Positions 23,601-36,272 of a stretch of DNA of 64,000 nt are shown in pieces (the first letter of the stretch is position 1; each line of letters begins with the position of its first letter). The notes below the pieces were generated by a model, which searched no databases, was not told the DNA's origin, and was given only the letters and a program-made list of their open reading frames with translations. The stretch spans positions 221,962,001 through 222,026,000 of the forward strand of contig NC_058368.1 of the NCBI RefSeq assembly GCF_018350175.1, in the 5' to 3' direction. This DNA comes from Felis catus (taxonomy: Eukaryota). Both the position numbers and the translations under genes were made by a program.

Positions 23601-25220
23601 AGGTGACCAGAAAATGAAAACTTTAATTTTAATAGGTATGGCACACACAGGATCCAACACTTTGACAGCACTTCTTACGTCAGCTAGTCTCCCAGTATAG
23701 CTAGAAGGGGTGATGAGTTACTATTTCTGGATAGTCTAAAAACTTTGCAGTCATTCCTTAAAAATGTTGTCAAGCTTATGGACTGCTTTACTAGCATTGC
23801 TTCTCAGATCTTAGGAGATGATGAATCGGGGCATTATAGGAGACAATAGAATTAAAAATAGTTTTCATAACATGTATATACATTCAAAAGTATTCCTCAA
23901 TAGCATTTATTGATATGTATTCTTAGATTATGGTAAGAGATTGTCCAATTGTTCAGGCCATTGGCCTTTTAATAATTGGAATGATTGATAGACACAAATT
24001 TCTGTGAACAAACCATTATAGGCTGACTTGATTGTGATTAAGACAAATTTGAAACCTTTGTTTCCTACGTAGATTCTCATGTAGGCTCTGTTAAACTTCA
24101 TATTAAATAAATATTTATTGATGCTCTGACAATACCAAAAGCCTTTTTGAACAGCCCAAAACTCAGACACAATCCATAGTGCATGCCAATGCACTATGGT
24201 TGGAGGAAGAATTACTGTCCAGTATCTTTAAATTCAATTTAGAAATTTTTGACTTAGCAATAAACATACTTCTAGGGGACTATAGAAAATGCTACAGAGC
24301 AAAAATTATCTTGTAAGATCCATGGTTGGTTGAGTTGCCTGCGTTGAGTTGCCCACATCTCTATAGAGGCCTGAATATTTAGGAAAATAATTAATCTTAC
24401 ATAAATATTTAGAATTTTCTAGTTGGTCTTTCTTTTTCCAATTTAAGTCTGGTGTATCAAATAGCTTGCTGCCACTTCTCAAAATTAAAATTACAAATTA
24501 TAGATGTGCCTAACCCAAATAGCCCTCACCATCAGGATATTGGAGAAAAGCAACAAAATATACTGAAATTTTATGGGCAAATGACAAAATTTACTGTTCA
24601 TCTGGTAACCCTGAATTCAACCATATAATATCAATTGTATGCATGCTGGCTCTCTAAAGAGATGGAATATAAGTAACTATAGTCCTGGATCTACTTTGAT
24701 TTATATTTTACGTTACTTGGACCAAACCAAATGGTCACTGAGAATGTTCATTGGCAACTAGGTAACCATGAACCCGGCAAATACTTAATAGATCTTTCAC
24801 TACAAATAAGAAGGGTAGACTCAATTTTGGAGGATAATTAGAAGTATCATTCAGTTTTCAGTTAAAATGTATATATCATAAGGAAGATATAGAGTTGAAA
24901 TTATATGTGTCCAACAGTGATATATCTATATGGATCTATCTATCTATCTATCTATCTGTATATATATATACATATCATCTTAAATTTCTATGGACAAACA
25001 AAGGTATGTTCTGTGACAAAGCTCAGAATCCATCTGTTTCTAAAATATAGAAATAATTGGGGGAAATGATGTTCTAGGAAAAATTGACCCTCTCACTTTA
25101 GCTTGAGGAGTTTTGAATTTTCAAATGTAAAAATTCTGCTGTCTTCAATAAAGGTTGGGGTTAAAATACTTGAACCAGTAATTCTCAAATTAGCCCCTGT
25201 CCACACAGGAAAAGAAGAGA

Positions 25221-25803
25221 TGGAAGAAAGAAGCAGGCCGGTCCAGACTGGTAGGTGGAAATTTTAATAAGCAAGGAACCTTATGGACCAAGCTTATCTT
25301 GGGTGGTCACAAGATGGATCGATCTCCACACCTGATGTCAGAATCTTTAAAGTTCATAGAGAGGGGCACCTGGGTGGCACAGTCGGTTAAGCGTCTGACT
25401 TCAGCCAGGTCACGATCTCGCGGTCTGGGAGTTCGAGCCCCGCGTCAGGCTCTGGGCTGATGGCTCGGAGCCTGGAGCCTGTTTCCGATTCTGTGTCTCC
25501 CTCTCTCTCTGCCCCTCCCCCGTTCATGCTCTGTCTCTCTCTGTCCCAAAAATAAATAAAAAACGTTGAAAAAAAAAGTTCATAGAGAGGCCTTAACCAG
25601 CTTCAGTTACCTATGATGATCTCAATAGTTACCAGATGATCTCAACACCTTACTCTCTCAAGGGTGTGTCCTTGAAAGGGCTCCTGTTATGGAACAGTGG
25701 GTAGAAAACCTATGCTTGAAGGACTGGGAGGGTGAGGAGTCTCAGATTGCCTGAGTCCAGCTCGAGGGTCAAGTGGTAGTCACTTCCCCTTGTTTACCTG
25801 ACA
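25221..25803 (-). mobile_element. Probable solo LTR (carnivore ERV-type) with SINE insertion
   Basis: GC-richer block ending tgaca (TGTCA on minus strand); attaaa poly(A)-like signal on minus (~25263-25268); boundaries approximate. Confidence 0.5.
25363..25574 (+). mobile_element. Young feline-type CanSINE
   Basis: CpG-rich near-consensus body; perfect TSD aaagttcatagaga 25349-62/25575-88. Confidence 0.98.
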
Positions 25804-26116
25804 TTTTAAAGGCACATTAATTAAAAGGCAATTTACATTTCTTTTCAATGCCCTTTGCTGAAGACAATTATTTAACTTACAGAGTAAATCAAACAAGATT
25901 ACTCTGTTAAATGAAATATTTTACCCAAATGTGCTTATAAAGAATTAAAGAAAATTAAAGTGAAACATGTAAATTAATTTTAAAGAAACTTGAATGAAAA
26001 CTTAAATTATCTGTAGACAGAGATGAATCATGAATGAGATGGAGTAGAGCATTAATTTTTTTTTCCAACCTCCAAACTGAGCAATTCATTGGAAAGTACC
26101 AGGAGGATTATCTTCT

Positions 26117-26348
26117 TTTTTTTTTTTTTTTTTAATTTTTTTTTCAACGTTTATTTATTTTTGGGACAGAGAGAGACAGAGCATGAACGGGGGAGGGGCA
26201 GAGAGAGAGAGGGAGACACAGAATCGGAAACAGGCTCCAGGCTCTGAGCCATCAGCCCAGAGCCTGACGCGGGGCTCGAACTCACGGACCACGAGATCAT
26301 GACCTGGCTGAAGTCGGACGCTCAACCGACTGCGCCACCCAGGCGCCC
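26117..26348 (-). mobile_element. Young feline-type CanSINE
   Basis: Long T tail; perfect TSD ccaggaggattatcttct 26099-26116/26349-26366. Confidence 0.98.
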
Positions 26349-26380
26349 CCAGGAGGATTATCTTCTAACAAGGCACTTGA

Positions 26381-26383
<3 letters not shown>

Positions 26384-26419
<36 letters not shown>
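26384..26419. repeat. (TG)n microsatellite
   Basis: Direct read. Confidence 0.98.
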
Positions 26420-26420
<1 letters not shown>

Positions 26421-27454
26421 GTTATTTTTGTGAAGATTATGGACAATGCCTGATATTTAGCATTTTTGTTCATCTGGGGAATATGGCCAACAAGTTTAAA
26501 ATGAGTTTGTCTTTCACATCTGGAGAAAAAAATCATTAATATAAACTCAGTTCATTTGCTGGATCATGGAGAACTTGCCTTCTTTTACCAATTTTAGGGA
26601 GTGATAGGTAAAAAGCACTCAGTTCATAAACCAATGCATCCAGATTCAACTCTTCTCTTATGCAGTCGCTTGTTTTGTTTTGTTTTCCCATAACTTCCAC
26701 TCTCCCTTCTTGTCTTAAACTTTATCTCTAATGTGACCATTGTCCTGAGTATATTGGATTTTTCTGGCACAAATCCTAATTCCATATATTTAAAAATGAC
26801 AAATTAAAATAAGTTCTCAAATTCACCTCAATATGTGTCACTAGGCTCGAAATTTGCATTCTCTTTATGGAAAAATCATATGTAGTGAGTTGTTTTTTTG
26901 ATGTTTAAAACAGTTTGGAAGAGGACTAAAATGACATTATAAAACATCTAACTTTCATTTATTGGAATAATTGACATTCCATAGTAACTATTTTCAGATG
27001 CTGTTTGTAGGAAACATGCTTTCAAGAAATAGCCTTTTCATTTCTCATTTTGATATTTTACTAAAGATACTGATTTTTAAGTGACAACTGCAATTTTCAA
27101 CTTTAGTTTTAAAAAGCAGTTTTTATAATCCATTTTCTAAGCTATATCTGAAGCATGATCTCAGTTTTAATTTGGTCTATGTATCAAGTATAAGAAGCTT
27201 GCTTTTACTTGCTAAGAGAGAAAATTTAAAGTAAATTAAATAGTATGAAACAAATATTAATTGGAAAAATACTTAGATTTTCTTAAATATTCTTCCAGTA
27301 TTATATTGTAGAATTAAAAAAAAAACATATGCATTATTACATTTTAGATTAAAAAATGCATTTTGCAAGATGCTAATATAAAATGTTCTAAAATAACTTT
27401 ATATTATATTTCATGTAAAAATCGTGAAAGAATATTTAAAACTTCAGTTATAAA

Positions 27455-27650
27455 ATGAAAAAGTCACAGAGATGAAAAACATATCATGGGGATATAATCA
27501 ATAATATTGTAATAACGTTGTATGGTGACAGATGGTGACTGTATTTATTGTGGTGAGCACTAAGGTATAGCATTTTCAAATCATTAGATTGTACACCTGA
27601 AATGAATATAACTTTGTATTCCAACTATACTTTAACAATAATAAAAAACT
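27455..27650 (+). mobile_element. L1 3' end
   Basis: aataatattgtaataacgttgtatggtgacagatggtgact..tgtacacctgaaatgaatataactttgtattccaactatacttt plus A-rich tail. Confidence 0.85.
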
Positions 27651-27887
27651 TGTAAGAAATTTTATAAGATTATTTACCTATAATAAAAAATTATTATAGT
27701 TTGTTATGAGACTATGATACTGAATGTTTTAAAAATTTACAGGTTAGAAAAATCTCGTGAATGAGTCTCTAGGAGACCAGGAATGTATGTCATTTTTGAG
27801 GTTAGATACAATATAAACCTGAATGAAGATACTGCACGGACAGTGGGTTTAGAAAACCCAAGGACAATGGGCTCAGTATATAACTCC

Positions 27888-28093
27888 TTTTTAAAAGAAC
27901 ACCTATGTATTTATTTTGAGAGAAAGAGAGAGTGAACAGGGTAGAGGCAGAGAGAGAGACATACAGAGAATCTCAAGCAGGCTCTGCACTGCCAGACTGG
28001 AGCCATCATGGGGCTCAAACTCACGAACCATTTATCATGACCTAAACCGAAATCAAGAGTCAGATGTTTGGCCAACTGAACCACCCAGGTGCC
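27888..28093 (-). mobile_element. CanSINE
   Basis: TSD gctcagtatat 27871-81/28094-104. Confidence 0.95.
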
Positions 28094-28442
28094 GCTCAGT
28101 ATATCTCTTTCAAAAAAAACTCCTTAAAAAGACAGAATCTTTACTATCACAGTGATGGCTGGATATAAATTTAGGGAAAAATCTAGAATGACTCTCATAT
28201 TTCTCATTCGACTGAGTTCATTGTATTTTCATTCACCCAAATACCCCACCATTTGGGATATTTAAGAGGAACAAATATCATTGCAGAAGGGAGGGAAGGG
28301 GAGAGGTAGAGATAGCTCTATGGGGATAGAGAACTGGAGTTAGGGTGGTAATTAGCATTCATTGTCCTCTGGATGCCTTGCTGTGCTAATGACTTTACAT
28401 ACATTGTTTCCAAAAAATCTCATATTACATTCTGAAATCCTA

Positions 28443-28581
28443 TTTTTTTAATTAACTAATTAATTAATTAATTTTTAAAGATTTTATTTTTAAGTAATCT
28501 CTATCCCCAACGTGGGGCTCGAACTTACAACCCCCAAGATCAAGAGTCGCATGGTCTACTGACTAAGCCAGCCAGGGGCCC
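28443..28581 (-). mobile_element. Short old-type CanSINE inserted in a MIR-like sequence
   Basis: aagtaatctctatccccaacgtggggctcgaacttacaacccccaagatcaagagtcgcatg; flanks (28350-28700) resemble antisense MIR. Confidence 0.88.
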
Positions 28582-28816
28582 TCTAATATCCCATTTCAGA
28601 AATGATCTCTCAGAGGAACATAAAGACCACTTCCCAAATTTTTCTACAGAATTAAAAAATGAAGTAGTAAATGGCAAAACTTCAACTCCAGCCCAGGTCC
28701 TTCTGCAAATCCTGCGAGGGTTCCCTGAAACGTACTGTTTCCTTTCAGTGGCCAGGAGAAATGGAGCAGCTGAGATAGAGCTCTGGGAAACACTCACTTT
28801 AAAAATGCAGAAAGGA

Positions 28817-29020
28817 GGGGCACCTGGGTGGCTCCGTTGGTTAAGCATCTGACTTTGGCTCTGGTCATTGTCTCACCGCTGGGTTTGTGAGTGAGCGTCC
28901 ATCAGACTTTCGACTGTCAGCACACAGCCAGCTTCGGATCCTCTGTCCCCTCTCACTCTGCCCCTTCCCCGCTCGTGCTCTCTCTCTCTCTCAAATAAAA
29001 TTAAAAATTAAAAAAAATAA
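28817..29020 (+). mobile_element. CanSINE
   Basis: Head ggggcacctgggtggctc; TSD-like cagaaagga. Confidence 0.94.
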
Positions 29021-29798
29021 AAAGCACAGAAAGGAAAACATCCAAAGGAAACATTTGAAGAGTAATTCCAAGAAAAGGAGGAGTCTCAAGAAAAAGTGCA
29101 GTGGAAAATACATACTATTTTTCAGTGAGTTTGATTTTGAAAAAGAAGAAAATTTGAACGTATTATATAAGACAAATACTATGACCATGGATGGCTGTGC
29201 CACAAGTTTGTAAAAAGAGTAGAGTCTCCAAGTTTTGAGATAAGGGAGGTAGAAGATGGTCACAAATGTTTTACTCTCTCAGGACAGTCGCACATGTCGT
29301 ACTGGGAAAACATGGTTTTTTACCCATGTCAGAGCAGCAAATGCTCCACAAGATTATCTTTAAATTTAGGCAACAAGCCAAGCTTCCTGGTAGTGATGGA
29401 CTAGCATTTAATTAAAGTGAATTAATTCTGGTTTTTAATAACAGAGGACAGAAATAAACATTGGTGAAAACAACTTCATTCTAAATGTGGTAATGTTTAT
29501 TCAAACGATGGTCAAAAGGCTTAGAAATATAATTATGTCTATGATAGAATAGCATGTTAGAGATTGATTAAAAATAAATCTGTGGCAAATGGGATAATAT
29601 TAATACCATTATTGGGGAGAACCTATTATGATCAAGACTTAACTATAATATCTAATTTTAGCAATTGCACAATTTGATAGCATTATTTCTGTTTTAGCAT
29701 AAGCAACTAATCTCATAGTTGCTAAATTATTAGTTGGATTCTCTTAGCTGGGAAATTGGAGAGCTGGAATTCTAATCTGGTTTAGCTGAAAGACCCAC

Positions 29799-29985
29799 TT
29801 TTTCTTTTCTTTTTTTTTTATGTTTTATTTATTTGAGGGAGAGAGAGAGAGAGAGAGACAGAGAGAGACAGAGACAGAGAGAGCACAAGCAGGGGAGGGT
29901 CAGAGCAAGAGGCAGACACAGAATCCAAAGCAGGCTCCAGGCTCTGAGCTGTCATCACAGAACCCAATGCAGGGCTCCAACACAC
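29799..29985 (-). mobile_element. 5'-truncated CanSINE fused to L1
   Basis: T tail, (GA)n and SINE 3' half stop at agggctccaacacac. Confidence 0.92.
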
Positions 29986-30373
29986 TGTTGGATTCAATAT
30001 GCTAGTATTTTGTTGAGAATTTTGCAGCCATGTTCATTAGGGATATTGGCCTGTAATTCTCCTTTTTAGCAGGGTCCTTGGTTTTGGACATCTTCATAGA
30101 ATGAGTTTTAAAATTTTCCTTCTATTTCTAATGTTTGAAACAGTTTGAGAATAGGTATTAACTCTTCTTTAAATGTCTGGTAGAATTCCCCTGGAAAGCC
30201 ATCTGGCCCAGAACTCTTGTTTGTTCTGAGATTTTTGGTTACTGATTCAATGTCTTTGCTAGTTAGGGGTCTGTTCAAATTTTCTATTCTTCCTCTTTCA
30301 GTTTTGGTAGTTTGCTAGTTTCTAGGATTTTGTCCATTTCTTCAAGATTACCCAGTTTGTTGGCATATGATTT
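29986..30373 (-). mobile_element. L1 ORF2 internal fragment
   Basis: tgttggattcaatatgctagtattttgttgagaattttgcagccatgttcattagggatattggcctgtaatt..tggtagaattcccctggaaagccatctggcc. Confidence 0.92.
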
Positions 30374-30374
30374 T

Positions 30375-30492
30375 AACCAGTGAGAACCACTGAGACTTCT
30401 GACTGCAAAAAATGCAAGATAAGAAATTGATGTTATTGTAAGCTACTAATTTTGTGGCAATATATTCCAGGATCAATAAAAAGAATTAACAT
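30375..30492 (+). mobile_element. MLT1 LTR 3' fragment
   Basis: gacttctgactgc..gcaagataagaaattgatgttattgtaagctactaattttgtggcaat..aattaaca. Confidence 0.7.
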
Positions 30493-31504
30493 AGCCACTT
30501 AAAGGCCTGTTATTATCATTACGTGGCTCTTATAAGTCCCAGAGTATACCTTTCTTCTTCTTTCAAGGAGTCCTTTGAATTTAGAAAAAAAGTTCTTGAG
30601 GCTGATGCTTGATAGCTCCGCCTCAAATGTTTCTATAGGTTAGACCACAGCCTCAGTCACTCTGTCATTTCTTGTCTTCAGGGACTCAGAGATTCATTCC
30701 TCTTTCCAGATAATCTCCCTGCCACACACCCCAGTTGAGGCATGCATTGGATGATCATATTTATCTTTACAGCACTGTCACTACTCAGTTCTTATAATAC
30801 TGCAGCAGATTGTGTGTTGGTAACTTTTACTTAAGATTTTGTAGAAAGTATAGAGAAGGTAATGCCATGTAGAGCAGGGGGCACCTTAATAGACCATATT
30901 AGTATCACCATTTCTGAAAACCCTTCTGCCGTTGTACAACTTGAAATGTGTGATAAATATTTTTGCCTTTTTTCCTCAGATACCAAACCCAACTCTCAAC
31001 TTCTCTTACTCGTTCAGGCATTCAAGAGAAAGCCATTTATTTGTCTTCTTGCAGCCTCTACTTAAGTTTTCCATAACTAATTTAAGGAGTTCTTGTAAAT
31101 CAGAGCACTGCTATATTATACATTATATATTAATATATTAATTATATATAAAATGATATATAATTCTATGATAATATTTTATGTATGTATACATTCCCTT
31201 CCAGGGAGTGTTCTAAAGTTTGAGTTCTATTTTCTCTAAATTTCAAAAATAACACTGGAACCTCTAGGAGAGTCTTAAAACTGAAATTGGAAATGCCTCA
31301 TGCTCAGCAGTATTCACACTTCTCTCCCTTTCTCCATCGCATTCTTTCCCATCTTTCCTCCTTTTACTTATTTGAGCTTGATAATATATACCCTTTGATA
31401 ATCTTTGCTCTTACATTTTAGCCATGTTGATGGTTCCTGAGGAAAGACAGAATTTGAAAAAAAAAAATAACATTTGCATCCTAGAATGGGAGAGGACCAT
31501 TTCT

Positions 31505-31725
31505 GTTTTCTTCCTTTTTTTTTCATGTTTGTTTATTTTTGAGAGTGAGAGACACAGAGCATGGATGGGAGAGGGGCAGAGAGAGAAGACACAGGATCCC
31601 AAGCAGACTCCAGACTCTGAGCCTGGTCAGCACAGAGCCTGATGTGGGGCTTGAACTCACGGACCAAGAGATCATGACCTGAGCCAAGATCAGATGCTTA
31701 ACTGACTGAGCCACCCAGGTGCCCC
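31505..31725 (-). mobile_element. CanSINE
   Basis: Antisense body; TSD-like ccatttct. Confidence 0.95.
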
Positions 31726-32379
31726 AGAAGGGGGCCATTTCTAAAAGCAAGATGTAGTTGCTCCCAATTCCAGGAGGCAAGAAATCAGTCATATTTCTAT
31801 TTTGATACTTGAAATTGTCCATAGGTATAAAAAGAGTTTGTTAATGGCATGGAGGTCATTGTTATTACAGTTCCCAGGAAGGTGATATCTAATCATGTTG
31901 GGAGGGAATCAGAAAGGTTTTTTGAAGAAAATCAATCACATATCTGTAGATAAGATCCGATCTTTGGACATAAGTGAGAGTGCATTACAGATATAAGAAA
32001 CAGTGGCACCAATGGAAATAAGAGATGAGAAAACAAGCAACCTATATGTAATACAAAGTAGTATCCAAATTTATACAGAGGTTAAAGGTTGACAAATCCA
32101 TGACAAATCTTTTTCTTACAACTCTTGTGGCTAATCCAAACCTTTGCCATGACTCTTCTTTCCTTTTCTGCTTTATCCTTATGTTTAGCAAAAGGACTTC
32201 TTTCTTTACAGTTCGTGGAGAAAATTATGACCATCAGGAAATAGTTCCTTCAGCCTCCTAGTCCTCTACCTATAGAATTATCAGCATAACTACTCCATTG
32301 TCCATACTGTAGCAAATGTTACTTTCTAATTGTCAAATCCAGTATATACAATTCTGTTTTACTTGCCAAATGCCTCTAT

Positions 32380-32670
32380 TCTTTAGAACCTATTTCTTTC
32401 TGGAAGATATCTGCTCCTTGGATTTCTCTGACCACATACTCTAGTTTTCTTCTAAATTTCTAGCGATTTTTTCTTCCAGTTCTCTTTCTTGTGTTTGCTT
32501 TTACAACTGGGAATTCACCAAAGTTCTAATCTTGAGATTCATCTCTTCTTGCATTAAATATTCTTCCATGGACTATTGCATAAAACTGATATTCTAACCT
32601 GACATTAAAATCCAATAATGTCCAAATGTACACCCCACTGCAGACAGTTCTTTGGGGCTCTACATCTATA
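32380..32670 (+). mobile_element. L2 fragment
   Basis: ctccttggatttctctgaccacatactctagttttcttcta..ttccatggact..ctccagacagttc-type L2 pattern. Confidence 0.5.
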
Positions 32671-32696
32671 TGTAGTATATTCAGCTCCCCAAGGAT

Positions 32697-32716
32697 ATAT
32701 AGTACTATGTAGTGTG

Positions 32717-32766
<50 letters not shown>

Positions 32767-32780
32767 GTATATATACTATA

Positions 32781-32820
<40 letters not shown>

Positions 32821-32841
32821 TATATAATATAGTATATCCCT
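32697..32841. repeat. Compound (TA)n/(TG)n microsatellite
   Basis: Direct read; flanked by tccccaaggat on both sides. Confidence 0.95.
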
Positions 32842-34399
32842 TCCCCAAGGATCTAATGACATTCTAGATAATTTTCAGGAGCCATCATTGATGAAGCTAA
32901 ATCTGGTTAATATAATCATAGCCTTTAAACTTTTCTTGCTAATTTTCTTCTTTGTGGTAGAAGAAAGAGGTAAACTTGTTGTTAGCTAATAATATCCCAT
33001 GTTATTATGATACAATTTCTAGAGTAGGGGACAATTTTTGACCTGATAGATTATGTGAAACCATATAACATATCACTACATATTAAGTATTATAACTGTC
33101 CTAGAAGTGTGGTAGTGAGGGAAAAATCAATTAGAAGACTTTCTGTATCATGTTCGTAATTGGTTACTCTAAAGATAATAATATGTAGTATATATGTTTT
33201 GCCTTCACACAACTCCATTTTAGTGGCCACCAGTGAGAGTGGCTTGAAGCGTATCAGTTTCAATGAGTCCCACTTAAACCTAGTTGGAGAAGACAGAATA
33301 CAAAAAAAAACCCTAATTTCCTTCTTATGCTTCCAACATCATGTATATTTATAATTGTTAAACTTGAAAACAACCAAATCATGTAAAACCATGTAAAGTA
33401 TACTTATAAATATGCATAACTAAAGGTCATTAATAGTGATTTGTGAAGAAATAATACTTTTTAATGTAATATGCCAATATTTGTTAAAGTTGCAAAATTA
33501 TTAATTCATTTAGTGTTTATTAATCTTATACATTGGATATTAAATTAATATACATTGACCAAGTACATTCTGAAGTCCAATATTTCTTTATATTAAAAAA
33601 AAATACCTTGAAATTATGCGGTCATTCTGTTCCAAAATTTCACCTTAGAAGTCCTTAAAAGTTCCTATATGACAGTCATCAACCTGGATCTGTGCAGTTA
33701 GAAATAAAAAGCAATAATAAAAAAAAGTTTGTTGCTGACCCGATGGTATGTATTCTCTCATTTTTGTCAGTCTATTGAAGTTTCAAACATTGCAGGGTTT
33801 GATGACACTACAAGATATCACCAGTGGAAAAAGCAGACGAGGGCAATTGGGTGGTTTATACAGGTAGATCTAAAAAGAAAATGAAATATTTCTCTCCCCT
33901 TATGTGTTCAAAGATTGCATGAGTGAAAATTACCAATTTTATTGATTCAAGTTTCTTACCCAAAGACTCTCAGGACTTGCACTTTTGATGTAGTAGAACT
34001 TGTTTGAAATGGGGAAAAAAAGTTTCAAAAGTAGAGACAAATGATATTAGAAACTGACTTATTGCACCCTAACTTGCACACAGGCTGGATCTTACTTATG
34101 GTGCCTGGCCTTTGCTCCTCAAATTAACTTTGATAAAATTTAAGTGGCTTCCATTTGAATTTTAAGAAAAAACTTGCTAAACGTCTTCAAATTCTTCATT
34201 TAAATATGTGTTTTTGGTATTATATTTAAAAACCTAACGGGCATCTGAATTTAGAAACACTGAAATCACTTCAAAAAAAAAAACAGTCTTTCATTTAAAA
34301 CATGCTTATAAAGAAAACTTTATGTCTAGAGAGTTTCCCAGTTATACTCTTCTGAACTAGTGGGGAATTAATTACCCAAGATTACAAAATCAAATCAGA

Positions 34400-35200
34400 A
34401 AAAGGAAACACTTTCTGATTAGTTGTCTGAGATTTGTTATCCAAATTTAACAAGTGTATCACAAAAAATAATATCTACAGGTCCCTCTTTCTAATGAATG
34501 TGAATATAAAAATTATAGTCAGAAAAATGGCATGTTGAACCAAAGATACATAAAAATGATAATACATCATGATTATGGTAAATTTATTTCAGGAATGCTT
34601 GGATGATAAAACATGTAAAATTAATCTATGCAATTTATACCAGTGACAGGATAGGAAAGAATATAATGATTATATCTCAATAAATTTTGGAAAAATTAAA
34701 TGCCCATTAATGACAATTAAAAAAAACCCCAAATCCAAAACTTTCAGCAAAACAAGGCAAAATTTCCTCAATCTGTTAAAAATAAACAAAAAATAGGGGC
34801 GCCTGGGTGGCGCAGTCGGTTAAGCGTCCGACTTCAGCCAGGTCACGATCTCGCGGTCTGTGAGTTCGAGCCCGCGTCGGGCTCTGGGCTGATGGCTCAG
34901 AGCCTGGAGCCTGTTTCCAATTCTGTGTCTCCCTCTCTCTCTGCCCCTCGCCCGTTCATGCTCTGTCTCCCTCTGTCCCAAAAATAAATAAACATTGAAA
35001 AAAAATTAAAAAAAAATAAACAAAAAATAAACTACAACAAATAGCTTTTTTGTTGTGTAATTCTGAAAATCCCTAATATTTTGAATGAGATAAGAATATT
35101 TTCCAAACTTGTCATGAGTGTACTACAGATCCTAGTTGGTGCAATTATATAAGGAAAACTGATAAATCTTACAAGGATTAGAACTAAAGAATAGTCATTA
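34400..35200 (+). mobile_element. Old L1 ORF2 fragment
   Basis: aatgaatgtgaatataaaaatt..tttatttcaggaatgcttggatg..aatttcctcaatctgttaaa. Confidence 0.65.
34796..35011 (+). mobile_element. Young feline-type CanSINE
   Basis: ggggcgcctgggtggcgcagtcggttaagcgtccgacttcagccagg; TSD aaaaataaacaaaaaata. Confidence 0.98.
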
Positions 35201-35444
35201 TTGTTACATTCTTTATTTTAATTAATTATCAACCCTACCATTATTTTTTTTCAATTTTATCTTCATGCATATTGCTATTTTAGAAATAAACACTAAGAGG
35301 CTCTTTTTAAAAATATTCACTATTTCAAATTTTTTTCTATTCTCTTTTAAAAGGACACAAGATGTGTTTTATACAACTCATTTTGTATGTTGCCTCGCCT
35401 TTTTGTTCTGTGGTTTAAATAATTTTTGATACCAAAATTAACAA

Positions 35445-35880
35445 CAATATCAAATGTTCAGTGAGCACCTTCTCTGGGTCAGCCGCTGCTCTGTGTAGAG
35501 TTAGCCCAAACCAACAAAAATCCTTGCTTCCATGAAAATTGTTTTGTTGTCATGGTTTTGTTTGTTTGTTTTTTTGTTGTTTTTGTTGTTGTTTTCCATT
35601 GTAGGACACAGAAAATAAATGACATGCACAGTAAAGAACAGAATATGTTGGATCATCACAAAAAATAAATGGAAAAAAAATAAAACTGGGCGAGGAAATA
35701 GAAAATGTCTATTACAGACATGGAGCCCACAGATTTAAGTAGAGTGGCTAAGACACTGCACTGGAAAGATGATATTTAAGGAAAGCCCTGTGAGGGCTAA
35801 GACAGGAGACCTCTGACATCCTGTGCCCAACATAATGGCATGAAGAGAGCAAAGGCCTTGAACCATGAGCAAGCCTGAAG
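35445..35880 (-). mobile_element. L2 3' fragment
   Basis: caaatgttcagtgagcaccttctctgggtcagcc..atccttgcttccatgaaa..agagtggctaag..gagcaaaggccttg. Confidence 0.65.
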
Positions 35881-36272
35881 TGGAATACGGGCCCATTTAG
35901 CTTCTTTGGTGCTTCCCTTGAGTTTTTGTTGGGAGCTCTTTAAGGATGAACGTGGCTAGCTCAGTAGTAGCATCCACACCAATGAGGATTTGAGATTCCG
36001 TCCCCTCAAAATTATCCAGGTGTTCTAACTGTAACTGCCAGATCTTTCTGTGAGCTATGTGGGCTCAGGTCTTGTTCATCACACTAGCTTTCAAAACCTT
36101 CTCTACTATCTGGGTTTTCTCCTTCCCTTCTCTTGACTTAGCATACACATTTATTTGTTTCGTGCCAGATTTCAAGATGTTTGACAAAACATGATCAATT
36201 CAATTAATTACATTAACTATAAATTTATAGTAACATTTTCTACTTAGCAATATTAAAAAAATAAACATAGTT

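Larger units (their letters stand above)
18960..24820 (+). mobile_element. Ancient ERV-L/class III endogenous retrovirus internal region (decayed gag-pro-pol)
   Basis: RT WYAVIDLA (22259-22282), GYLNNLARYHN (22381), HFIEAI replacing HYIDDI (22471), HISHL (~22728), RNase H SGHWPFNNW (23953), integrase PHHQDIGEKQQNILK (24524-24568), PPT-like aagaagggtagac (24808-24820). Confidence 0.8.

Noticed and set aside
33771..33863. ~93-nt open candidate exon
   Set aside because: Poor donor (gtagat); peptides not recognised.
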